A stretch of DNA of 63,903 nt, filler included, from Collodictyon triciliatum (taxonomy: Eukaryota): assembly GCA_043381765.1 (NCBI GenBank). It is 5 parts of 5 records of this genome, joined end to end, with 100 filler letters (N's around TTAATTAATTAA, not from the genome) between each part and the next. Parts side by side here need not be neighbours in the genome. Positions count along the whole stretch, not along the records: positions 48,690 to 60,425 come from JBHJMP010000537.1; positions 60,526 to 63,903 come from JBHJMP010000591.1; 3 more parts are not named here. One strand, given 5' to 3'. The notes under the pieces are model-generated. The model saw only the letters and a program-made list of their open reading frames with translations. It searched no databases and was not told where the DNA came from. This document shows, piece after piece, positions 48,860 to 61,116 of the stretch. A program made the position numbers and the translations under genes. Each line of letters begins with the position of its first letter. Positions within the stretch are counted from its first letter, which is position 1.

Positions 48860-51800
48860 CACCCGGAGACCTATGGACCGAAGAACACCAAACTCCCAAA
48901 AGTTCTCTTTCATGTTTGCAGTGAACGACAACCAAAGCATGAAAAAGCATAGAGCTATTGCAATCATAGCAACTGTATCCAGTTGTTATTTATTATGTGT
49001 TTTGTTTTTCATTCAACGCACAAGAGTGATAATCAGTTTAATTATAGAGAAACTGCCCAGACAGAGTTGGAAATAGAAAAGATAAAAGTTATATGTATTA
49101 GAGCGCTATTGAAATGTCACGGCGCGTCGAGCTTTGAATTTAAAAAATAATAGACTATGTCGTATTAGGACGAGGAGGTCTCATACCAATATTGAAGAAA
49201 AGCATGATGAACCCAGTCGCACTCGTGGTTGTCGCCACGAAATTCATCGTGTCTGTGACAGTTACTGTATCATTCTGTAAAATGTTCCTGATTCCATTGA
49301 CAATTACCTAAGTGGCAATATCGTTAGATTGTAGGTTGTTAGGTGAGCATCTGTCTGTTTTTTATTCAAAAAGAGGAGCAAAGATGGAGATTTTCATGAT
49401 ATCTTACACTTTCGACCTTTAAAAGTATCGCCGTCAATAGATAAAAAAAATAAATATTTGAATCATGTTCGAGAGCTTTTCATAACTTCATACTCTATCT
49501 TCTCGTTTCTATGAGAATTCATTACCTCTCTATCAGTCGACCCCGCACTCTTTTTCATTCGCATGAGAACCTTTTGTTTTGGAACGCTTTCAGGAATATC
49601 TACTGCCTTTCCCTAGAATATTATATCGCAATATTTTGGTTACGAACTTGTGAATACCTAATATCTGAATGAATAAACAGTAATAGATCGAAAAGGGATT
49701 CACCCCAGTCGATTTTTATTACATGAATTTTTTTTATAAAAAAAAAGCCAAGAGAGATTAATAGGATTGCTACGATGTGATTGTAGGCTTTTTGAATATC
49801 TTTCATTATTTTGTAATATTGGTCCATGTTTATCAGTATTCCACTTGCTGGTGCGAGTTGTCTGTAAGAAGAGAAAAAGTAGCCTGTATGGAATGTGGTG
49901 AGTTAATATTAAGAATTTTACAAAGTCTTCAAGATATATCCCTATAATTTTTATTTGGGAAATATGCCTTCATATGATGATGTATTAAAGTTCTTTTTGT
50001 TGTTTTTTCCGTTGTATTCTCCTTTTCTCGATATTTTAATCACGTTTGATTCTTTTCCTCTTGTATTCATCTTCTCCTTCACTCCCTTGTATTTTTTAAT
50101 ATACTTGTATTTTTTAATATACTTGTATTTTTTAATATACTTGTATTTTTTAATATACTTGTATTTTTTAATATACTTGTATTTTTTTAATATACTTGTA
50201 TTTTTTAATATACTTGTATTTTTTTAATATACTTGTATTTTTTTAATATACTTGTATTTTTTAATATACTTGTATTTTTTAATATGCTTGTATTTTTTTA
50301 ATATACTTGTATTTTTTGTCACTCCAGGATTTTATGCTTTTTTTTTGTTCTTGATAAACGACAAACTATCGATGAATTCATTTTGTAAATATAAATAACT
50401 AATTGGGATAAACTATTCAATTTAAAGAATGAAATTTAACCTGGTATCTTGCGAAGTATGGCCCTCGGTTTGCATAGATATACGAGAGTTATGTTATATT
50501 GAAGTTCTATCTCCATTTTAAGAGGTGTACTTAGGTCAACACTAAGGAGTTCTTTCTATAATCAACATATATTATTCATTTGCAGTCGTATTACCAAAAA
50601 TTGCTCATAGATTTTATTTAAAAAGGACTGAAAATAGCAATTGCTTCATATTGGTAGCTATCGCATATCAGAATGAAATCATACCAACCCCTCAGCAAAA
50701 ACGATGTCTAGATAATTTTCATATACATAGGCATTTCCTTGGGAGTATCTTTTGACAGAACCCTATGTTGTAAATCATAAATATTCACATGAGTGACGGA
50801 TACTGGAGCTAGTCCATCAGCATATCACAAGATAATAACCACTCTCCACATTGGAATGCGGTTGCTTTTCTGCTCCTTTTTAAAGGTTTATTGACAGAGA
50901 ATAAGACCGAGTAAATGTAAAGAAAATGTGGTAATGTATCACCCCAACGCTACTAATCATGTCAGGTATCGGAGTCCCTCGAGGAGGGTCAATAGGTAAG
51001 GTAGCTAATGTTTTTGTTGTCGTAGTACAAGAGTGAGCGATTTAATATGTACGTTTATCATATTCTAATCGTAGTATAACTATAGCTTCATCTGTTTTTG
51101 GTACTCAAGTAATTGATTAAATGAAACACCCAAGGTACCTCACGTTGAATTATATTATACTTTCCAAAAGAAAGCAGGAATATCTTTATCATCTTCACGG
51201 AAATATTATTATCTCACGCATGAAGATTAAACTCGTTAATAGAACCTTTTCCTGCGTCGTCGTAGAGGCTCTTTATGACATCTTCTTTTCCTTCGACAGT
51301 TTTGTATTTGAATTTGTCTATAAAGTGGACAGTTATTCAGAAATGCGCGCAGTAATTAGAACTGTAATAGATCATAAATAATTGTTTGTGATAAATTTAC
51401 TTGATATCTCTGAAGGAATATAATACTCGACATAGACTGCGTCTAAGTAATTTCTATCTACAGCGGCAAGAGGCTGTATTCAAAGGAGGGAAAATTAGGA
51501 GAGAAAAAAAGGAATAAATTGATATGCCTTAGTACATTGTGTAAGGGCGTGGCATCGACTCATCTCATGATGTGAAAAGATAAGATTTTTAATTTTCTTA
51601 CAATCGAAAAGGAAGAATAGTCCACCAAATTCCCGATTCGTGTCGATGAAACATTGAGTAGCTCGCTCATACCATAACTAGCGACTATGTTCACAAGAAT
51701 TTTGATACTAATTAATATGACTTATCTTTAAACTTCCTCATGCTCAAAGCTAGTTTTCAAACAAGCGCATCTGTATATAAAATTATAGATGAAACTTATA

Positions 51801-54800
51801 CTTCGATTACATCATTAATTACACATCACTTCAGATAATTTTAGCCCTTTTTTAACTTATGATATTCGAATTTTTTTGTGTACAAAAAAGAACATGTAAA
51901 CTCCTGCAATCGAACGCCTTTCTGAGCAGAGAGGAAATCTGTCAACGCAACCTCATCTAGTGCTGTTTCAGGTCCTCGGGATATCACCGCGATGTCAGCC
52001 CCTAATAAAAGCTAGAAATTCGGTAAGATGTGAATCTGTTTCGAGTCACCGAACCAAAAAGAGATGAAGAGAAAATAAAATTTGCAAAAAGACTATGAGT
52101 TTCTTGAAAATGATAAAAATCAAGAGTAGGTTATCATATGGACATGTGTTGGAAACTACTTTCACGTTGTCGACAATAGCGTTTGTTTGCAATGTAAACA
52201 TAGCTCCAGCAAAGATTCTATGAGAATTAATTTATTTTACTACAGAACAGTATGTATAGAGTAAGTATAGAGACTTCAAAATATATGTATGTCATTAAGG
52301 AAGGAGAGGAAAGGAAAACATCGGATATAATCAAATACATAAATGACAAGGCGATTGTAAACATGAGTCCCGTTTTTATATTTCTCTCTCCGTGGCTCGA
52401 TTGGTTCTTATGTATCAAGTTGATGAGACGCCTATCTTTTCCCCACACAATCAGGAATACAAAATATCTTTCTAGTATCGGTTGCAATGTTTGAGATATC
52501 AGGGCGAATCCAAGGACCATTCCTATGAAAATGCACATACATGACCATCACATGTCATAAGTATCCGACTAAAAAAAAAATTAAGAGATTTAATCATGAA
52601 TAACACGTGTTTTGTAATGAATATATTCATAGACAATATTGGAAAAAGTATTGAATAAGTTGAAACCATATTTAAAAAATCAAATCGTATTGTCACCAAA
52701 AAAAAGAAAGAAAAAGGCAAGGTGATGATTTGATTGACAAACCCAACAGTATTGCATTCAGTAAGGAGAAGAACATGGTCAAATTTCCAAAGGTGAATGA
52801 TAAGGGCATCAAGTAATACACAACAAATCCCATAATGACCATTATTATAGCACTAGATGTCTATTCGTATCATTTTTTTAAGTCCCACGAAATTATATAT
52901 ACTTTTTTTACAGAAAAACTATGAATCGAGTAAAATATACCTGCCATCCAGACAGTCCTAGGTCTTCCAATTTTATCATTTTTACTGTAGTTTCATTAAA
53001 GCTTTGGTGATAGATATCTAAGGCGTCCCTGAGACTCTTGGAGAGTGACCTCTTTTTTAAAATCGTATTTGTAAATATTAACATTAAATCACAATTTCGT
53101 ATCATTTAGCTATTTAATAATGATAACACAGCAATCCGGGTGTAGAAGATAACGGTATAAATTGAGAATGAATGAGTAGACAAACGCTTGTAGGAATAAC
53201 ATTTGATAACAGTGGTATCAGAATGCCCAACACAATCGGAACTCCCAACGCAGACGATGTAAAATTGAATGAGACATGCTCATACGAATACGAAGCAATT
53301 ACATTTGAAAGAGGTATATTAAAGAAGTATGCCACCAAAAGCCCCAGAACGACCCCAGGTATAGCAAAGAATAACGCCTAAGAAAGAAAAAAAAGCATAT
53401 ACAGGTTTGATTCGGGAAAAATAGCACAATATGAGCATAGGAAAATCTAATACCATTCAGAGAATCTATTCGAATTTACAGCTTTTTGTTCTCACCTGCG
53501 TAATCATCACGTGAATCAGATTACGACTTTTCATTCCTAAAGTTCTCAGCATTCCATATTCAAAAGTTTTTTCACTGACATCAGATATCATCAAAGAGAA
53601 TATTAATCCACAACCGAGTAGTGATAACAAAACAACAGCATCTGCAAAAATCTAGAATCGGGTTCAAGTTGATGAATAGAAAGTTACTCAATACATATGG
53701 TACTAATAAAGCCTACTGACAATTTTTTTAAAAAAAAAACTAATAAACCTTTCAAAACGGAATATTTCTTGAGAGAAAGAATAACCTGGTCCAAAAATAT
53801 CCGAACAAACGATGTAAGAGTCAAGTAACTAACAAGGGGTAACGAAAATGATCCAGGGAAGTCAATTCCAATAGCTTCAGACACATCATTTGTGAATTTG
53901 ATCATGTCCTACACATGCATTTGCATATGTGCGTTAGAGCTTTTTGTATCAACTTTCAAGAGTTCCCATATTGTGATGCAAGATAGAAAAATAGCACATA
54001 ACTATCTCCTTGTTAATTGTATTTTATTTCTACAAGTATATTAACATTTTGTATTTTTTAAATTAACATAATGGCCTCATGTAGCTTTATTTTGAAGGAC
54101 TACCTGGTCCAAATCATCCTGACTCTTCACATATGATTTTATACGGTCTTTGTACTGGACTGAAGCCAGAAATGCATAATCCTGATATTTATCATAAAAA
54201 TAGTCATTAAAAGGATTGTGTTAATTTAATATTTTTCTTTTAATGGGTACAAATGGGGGGGGGGGGAAGTGATTCATTAATACCGTAAATGTTATGTTTG
54301 CAAGATTCTGATTTATTGCTGGCGGTGCAATCAAATCGCCCTAAAAGTCAAAGGATGATAAACTCTGCTTTTCGTTTTTTTTTATTTTTTATTTTATTTT
54401 ATTTTATTTTATTTTATTTTATTTTATTTTATTTTATTTTATTTTATTTTATTTTATTTTATTTTATTTTATTTTATTTTATTTTATTTTATTTTATTTT
54501 ATTTTATTTTATTTTATNNNNNNNNNNNNNNNNNNNNNNNNNNNNNNNNNNNNNNNNNNNNNNNNNNNNNNNNNNNNNNNNNNNNNNNNNNNNNNNNNNN
54601 NNNNNNNNNNNNNNNNNATGATAATGATAATGATAATGATAATGATAATGATAATGATAATGATAATGATAATGATAATGATAATGATAATGATAATGAT
54701 AATGATAATGATAATGATAATGATAATGATAACGATAACGATAACGATAACGATAGCAATTTGGCGTCGGTTTCACGACAGAGGAAAAATATAAGGAGAA

Positions 54801-57010
54801 AACCTGTATAGTGCGATTAAAGTCTATGGATATTCCCATTTTCATTCCCCTAGCTGGAGGAACACCTATGGACCTCAACATACTTTCGCTAGCGTAACAT
54901 TCGTCAGCTTCCAATGGTCTTCGTTGCCACTGCCTCCCAAGTTTATATTTCTGTCCAAATTTGAAAAGAAAAACATGCAAAATCCCGTTATAAAATTGAT
55001 TAATTTGTGTCTTTCATGAAGAAAGGGGTAAAATACAAATATTGACTTACTGTTAATCGAAAAAAAAATTGGACATTAAAAAATTACTCTCTCAGTTAGT
55101 GTATCGATGAAAAGGATGGTTGATGAGAGTCTATCGGCTGTTGGGTTAACTGCGCGGCTAGGGTCTTGAGCCTGAGCATCTCCAATCATTATCCAACGAG
55201 CAACTGAACCCGTAGCAAGTTTGGACTTGTGGAGGGAACTATATATAAGAGTGAGTTGAGCTGATACTACTTTAGTATTTTCAACAACAATGTCTATCAT
55301 AATCCAAAACCGTCAATATTGTGACGGTAAATGACCTAATAAGAATCAAGAATTGTATACTTATCAATTTTACTTTGAATCGAAAAACGAAAAAAAATTA
55401 TACATATCAATTTGTCCCAGATGGGGAGGTTGGCCTTAGATGAATGAAAGAATGGTGGTGGAATACCTTTCTATCCTTGTTTGATTGACAAGATAGTTGC
55501 TTATTCCGTTTCCAGAATCATTTGTCCCCTATTCAATAAATCGAGATCGTATTAGTTTAGAAAATTAGTAAAAATCGAATTTGAGTCTTGCGTAAGAGAA
55601 GAAAGAAAATTTTATTTTGTATAAGATCCATCCCTGAGTTTTTTATTTAAATGGAAAATATTGATTATATGGTTGTATTTTTGTAATTTTAAAATTTTAA
55701 AGCAATTATCATGCTTCATTGCCGCACTTTATGATCAGAAAAGATTCCAAACAGCAAATAAATACGTCAGTTGAAAATCACCTGGACCCCAGTTTGATTT
55801 AAGCTACTGCTTGAGGAGCGAACAGGAGTGATGAACTAATTTTTCATTTAATTTTAAGGTATCTTATTCTTGGACTTTCAAAAAGGACTATTTTTGTATT
55901 TTTTCCCCGGATATATAAATGAAATGGTTGTCTAAATATATGTTATTTTCATCATTGTTTGTTATTCTATTCAAGCATGCAAGGAAGCGGCCAAAGAAGG
56001 ATTATTAATTAAAAAATGATATTACCAAGTCATATTCACCAACTTGGTTTTCACTCAGCTTCAGAAATATGGACGGTGACTTTGATGTTGAGTTTTGAAG
56101 AATACTAGTAAGTTTTTTTTAAACATTAGTAAGAATCGAATCTCCCTATTAATTCATTTTAAAGAATCATAGCGACTCATACCAAATTATCAATACTGCA
56201 TGATGAACATGGGAGTAAAATTTTGCATAATTTATAATTTGTGCTAAGTTTGATGGTAGCACATAATATGAATGAGTTTTCATTTGTATTGTGTGACTAA
56301 AAAAAAGGGGGAGAGGGGGTCATATATTCTTCGTAGTTGAAAATATGTTACACACTCAGAAAATAACTGTAAATGAATTAAATCTCTATTGGATACGAGA
56401 ACATACGCTATAAACACGACTAACAGAAAGACTGTTGTAGAGCCTATAAAAAACGCTCGCTGATTTCTCTTTACGTCTGCAACAACGTATTTGACTGGAA
56501 GGAGAACAGTCGGCGACCAGCTAACTATCCAGCTCTATTCATATTACAGGAAGGTTAGATCAGTTCAGTTTTCATTTATATTTAATTCTGATATATGTTT
56601 AAGAATATAACAAAAGAATTAGAGTTGGAAAAAAAAAAGTAGGAAAATGGAGCTCTTGGTGGAGTATGGGATATTTATGTCAGTGATGAGACCATAGAAC
56701 AGATGATATTAGGGAACCAATCTGTCTGGCGATATCTTTACATACAAGCTCTTATTTCGACAAATAAAAGATACTTGGGGGTGGCGTTACTTACTTTAAC
56801 CGTCTGCTTCCAACTGTCCAGGAACCTCATCGACGCCTCTAAAATCCTACATCGAGAAAGAGAGAATAAGCAAAAGACGATAGATATCTCGTCCATCTAC
56901 CTTTGTGTTTGATTTTGTTGGGGGAAAAAAAAAGAAGGGGTGTTTATCTGTTTCAATGAGAGCTCTTTACGCTGCAGTGCATCGTGCAGGGGTAAGTAGA
57001 TCGAATCCAT
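48860..57010 (-). CDS. Large FtsX/MacB-like (DUF214-type) ABC permease-family membrane protein; 3' truncated
   Basis: Hydrophobic exons with two FtsX signatures: LIFSLMISDVSEKTFEYGMLRTLGM (~53550) and SFTANMKENFWEFGVLRSIGL (~48900). N-terminal DVKRNQRAFFIGSTTVFL; RNIKTGLMFTIALSF. Start 57010 is tentative. Confidence 0.8.
50087..50316. repeat. 18-19 bp intronic minisatellite CTTGTAT(5-7)AATATA, about 12 copies
   Basis: Head-to-tail copies with no spacers, differing mostly in T-run length. Confidence 0.9.
54386..54755. repeat. (TTTTA)n and (ATGATA)n repeats flanking a 100-N gap
   Basis: Direct reading. Confidence 0.95.
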
Positions 57011-57551
57011 ACAGCAAGAAATAAGCAGAGACAGAACCTTCCACAGAGATGACGATTGTGGTATTGCAGAACTAGATTGAATTATCTATTTGTGGATTTT
57101 TTCCTTTATTCGATTCAAATCTATTTGTGGATTTTTAAATTATTCTAATAATAATAATTTTTGGTTCAAATTAATGACATTATCTAATCAATATATTAGT
57201 TATAAATATTAATATGTATAATTTAGTCACAGAGCAAGAATTCTGCGCCATGCTGTTGCTGCCTACATTCCATTCTAATAAACAAAATGTTGGGACTTGA
57301 TTGAAATATTTCCTTATTTGATTACACATTTGGAACCATTTTGAATATATCCATTTATAGATAAGATCCAAATACAAAACACAAACCTCCAGCACAGAGA
57401 ACTTCATATATAATCACACACTCTGCACTGGGGGTATCTTTCCCAACTGATCACAGAATCATCGCTATCCAAGAAAACCATCACACGCCCAAGCCCGCGT
57501 TCAAGCCCGCCGAAATCCAAAGAACCAAAACAAACCAAACCGAGAAACAAG

Positions 57552-57995
57552 ATGCCACCCAAGCCTGGAGCCGGAAAGAAGCCGTCCAAGTCGCCTGCCA
57601 CATCAGCTGCCAAGGAAGGCACAGCAGCGCCCGAGAAGGTTGCCTCCAAGACCGTCAAGAAGTCGACCACGGACTCGTCGGAAGTCAAGAAGAGACGCGT
57701 GAAGCGCGCAGAGACATACTCGTCCTACATCTACAAAGTGCTGCAGCAAGTCCACCCCAAAACCGGAATCTCGCAGCGCGCAATGGCCATTATGAACTCG
57801 TTCATCAACGACACCTTTGATCGCATTGCCTCCGAAGCCGGCCGTCTCGCCCGCATCAACAAGCGCGGCACTCTGACCTCGCGCGAGGTTCAGACATCTG
57901 TCCGCCTGATTCTGCCCGGAGAACTCGCCAAGCACGCCGTGTCTGAGGGTACCAAAGCTGTCAGCAAGTACAACGGCTCCGGAACACCCGCCTAG
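57552..57995 (+). CDS. H2B: Histone H2B (intronless, long Lys/Ala/Ser/Thr N-tail)
   Basis: [46 protein letters not shown]...[32 protein letters not shown]. Confidence 0.97.
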   Translation: MPPKPGAGKKPSKSPATSAAKEGTAAPEKVASKTVKKSTTDSSEVKKRRVKRAETYSSYIYKVLQQVHPKTGISQRAMAIMNSFINDTFDRIASEAGRLARINKRGTLTSREVQTSVRLILPGELAKHAVSEGTKAVSKYNGSGTPA

Positions 57996-59102
57996 ATCCC
58001 ACCCGAGGATCTTAGCTGGCGCAGCACATGAAGCCGCCTCTGCTCGTCTCCCTTCTCACTGAACAACATTATGTGCTTTACTTTTAGTGGCTCTTCACAT
58101 CCCCTAACATTCCCTTCAATAAAATCCAACAACTTGAATATGAACAACATTGGCTCCTTGAACGCGCAGATATAGACGGGTGAATGTGCAATGATTCGCG
58201 GGAAGCGCGTAGGCCGCCGCAAGCAAGGAGTCAGTTAGGAAAGGTAGGAGACCAGCACGGTGAAGTGCGTATTGCCCTGTCTGACCCGATCCTGTGAGCC
58301 GGGAGGCAACTTTGACCCTTCCATTCAAAAGAAAACATTCTGCTAACAGGGACGATCCTCTCGAGATTTTGCCGATGTTGTGGGTTGGACTGTTTTTTTA
58401 TTCTATTATCGCGGATCACATCGTGAGGTCTAGAGGCGTTGGGCTTTGGCAGTGGCGGTACGCTGTATTTTGAACGGAGGTTAGACATGGGGCAACAGAA
58501 GTTTTCGTAAGGTCATCAAGGTACAGGATTATGTGCCTGTGTGTGTCAGCATAAACATTCATCAAGGTTCAGTAGCAGAACTGGCGGTTCTTTTTTTGTT
58601 TGTATCATCTTCCACGGGCTGGTGCGGCTTGTAGAGATTTCATTCATTGGACAATTATTGGAAGACTTACGTGGGGTTGGGCGCGATGGTTACTCCGGTT
58701 GGCGACGATCCAGATAGACTTCACCAGACTCCTGATACTAATGTAAAAGCTTAAGTAAAGTCCATTGCAAATATAACTTGTTTGGGGTTTATATTTCAAG
58801 GGACGGATTTTAAACATAGACCACAATAAAATAGTATACTGTACAAATATTAATAAATTATCGCATATATATACTAACATAGCTATAGAGGTTGTCTCAT
58901 AGTATATAGTAGGTAAGATATATAATTTCCAGAAATAAAATTTAAATGTGGAGCTTATATCACCATGTTTTTTTTGTTGGTTTTTTTTAAAGTCCCGCTG
59001 CATCACGCATCACGCCACGCGGAAAAACGAAAAGTTTACATCAACCCGCTTGAACAGTTCCCTATCATCACTTACTCGTCGAATTGCTCAACCAAACTCA
59101 GG

Positions 59103-60308
59103 ATGTTGGGAACTTCAAAGCTTGGCCGCTTGCGTCCTTGCTTACACAGCGCGTTCAGAGAAACCGAAGGCCTTTGTTGGGATTTGCAACCCGCATTTTC
59201 CAGAGGAATGCGGCGCATGACAGGCAACAAGCATCGACCAACTTCAGCAGAAAGTAAGACAAGCATCCCAGTGATTGCGACTGAAGTTGACTCGAGAAAC
59301 AAAGAGAAACCAAAACCGACTGAAGAGGATGATTCCCACGCCATTCGCCTCCCACCAGTGATTCTCCCCAAGGAAGTCTGGGAATGTCGGACAGACATAC
59401 TCAAAAACGCACAGACAAGCACCAGAAACACACTTCGAGACGATATCAAGCATCTTCAGGACATGCTCAGTGTGGTTACTAGGTCTCATCTACAGGAGTT
59501 TGTCCAGGCAAAGGATAAGGAAGATAACAGATATCGGTCAAAGCGATCTACAAATGCATACCTTCCAACAAGAAACCCGAAAATCGTGTATGGACAAAGA
59601 GAAAGCCTCGCCTATCTGGCTAGGTACACTCCAGTAAATTATGCTGTAAATATACGAGTCTTCAATGAGGTAATTATCCTTCTATTTTCTTCCCGTCTTC
59701 CAGCCATTTATTCTTTCCAAATCCTTATGATTTTTTTTCCCTCATCAGAATCTTAAATTTCATAATTGCGACGATGTTTATTACATTCGCATTTATTCTG
59801 TACTGTAATAAAAGAAATAGAATGATAATTTCAGCACCAACGTATTTCTTTTGACTTTTTTTTTATAATATAAAATAGATTCTAAAAAGAGTTCCAGGTT
59901 ATCGCCCTAGAAATATACTGGATTTTGCTGCGGGCCATGGTGCAGCTTCCATGTAAAATATCACATCTGATTTGTAATTTTTTCCCTTTATTCGATTCGA
60001 ATCACATCTGATTTGTAATAATAGATCGGGACAAAAATAAAAATTAGAAATATCCAACAAACAACATGATACTATCACCTTATTTTAAGCTCCCCAATTA
60101 TCAATTGTTTTATCTGCGCGAGGTTGGTTTGTTCCTGTACAGTTTGGAAAATGGTGGAGATAAGCCATTAAACTCGACTGTATTTGAACATTCACGACCT
60201 ACCACGTACATAGGGCAGCGTTATCTACGTGGAAAAATTCGATTGAGCAAGTTGTTGCCGTTGAACCATCGATTGACATGACGTGGATTGGAGAAAAACT
60301 GATACAAG
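59103..60308 (+). CDS. METTL17: Mitochondrial small-subunit assembly methyltransferase-like RSM22/METTL17; 3' truncated by a gap
   Basis: Arg-rich presequence-like start; YGQRESLAYLARYTPVNYAVNIRVFNE|ILKRVPGYRPRNILDFAAGHG..|AALSTW..VVAVEPSIDM. Confidence 0.85.
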
Positions 60309-60425
60309 GTCCTTATATGATATTTCAAAAAACAAACAAACAAACAAACAAACAAACAAACAAACAAACAAACAAACAAACAAACAAACAAACAAACAAA
60401 CAAACAAACAAACAAACAAACAAAC

Positions 60426-60525
60426 NNNNNNNNNNNNNNNNNNNNNNNNNNNNNNNNNNNNNNNNNNNNTTAATTAATTAANNNNNNNNNNNNNNNNNNN
60501 NNNNNNNNNNNNNNNNNNNNNNNNN
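60426..60525. other. Artificial linker N44-TTAATTAATTAA-N44, preceded by (CAAA)n
   Basis: Same structure as the other linkers. Confidence 0.95.
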
Positions 60526-61116
60526 TTGCCGCATCCCTTAATCATCTATCACTCCCATCGAGGGCTTCCATTCACCACATTATCGGTAGATTTTTTTTTA
60601 TATATATTTGGGTCGTTTGTCTCGGTGTCAGGCCGGCAGGCAACAAGTAGGAAATCTATCCGAGAAGTCTGCATGTTTATGTTTGGTCGGGAATCAGATT
60701 GTAGAAAAGCGGGCGAGAGACTTTGTGAAACCCCACAGCAAAACTGAAATGAAAAGAAAAAGACAGTCTCGAGGGAATGAAAACGGAGAGAGGCGAGAGG
60801 AAAAAGGGAGTAGGCTTCAAAGGTAAAGTTAAGACTTTCAGTTTCTCTAAAGATCGGTACGCATAGGCCGCCGCGAATGGAGTTCCCTTCGGAAGACATG
60901 TTGTTCGCCACAGACGAGCCGCTCGCAGTGCAATACAGTTTGTTGCAGTCTTGAACAGCCATTCCTTTTTTTTTTCTTTTTTCTTTTTTCTTTTTTCTTT
61001 TTTCTTTTTTCTTTTTCTTTTTTCTTTTTCTTTTTTCTTTTTCTTTTTTCTTTTTCTTTTTTCTTTTTTCTTTTTTCTTTTTCTTTTTCTTTTTCTATTC
61101 TCATCTCTCAAATCTC

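Noticed and set aside
50087-50316. Regular 18-19 bp repeats as a CRISPR array
   Set aside because: Head-to-tail with no unique spacers, intronic, eukaryotic context, no cas genes
57996-58110. Histone 3' stem-loop
   Set aside because: GGCTCTTC at ~58089 has no complementary GAGCC arm
58231-58488. 85-aa minus-strand ORF between H2B and METTL17
   Set aside because: No motif or splice support; cannot be called from sequence alone
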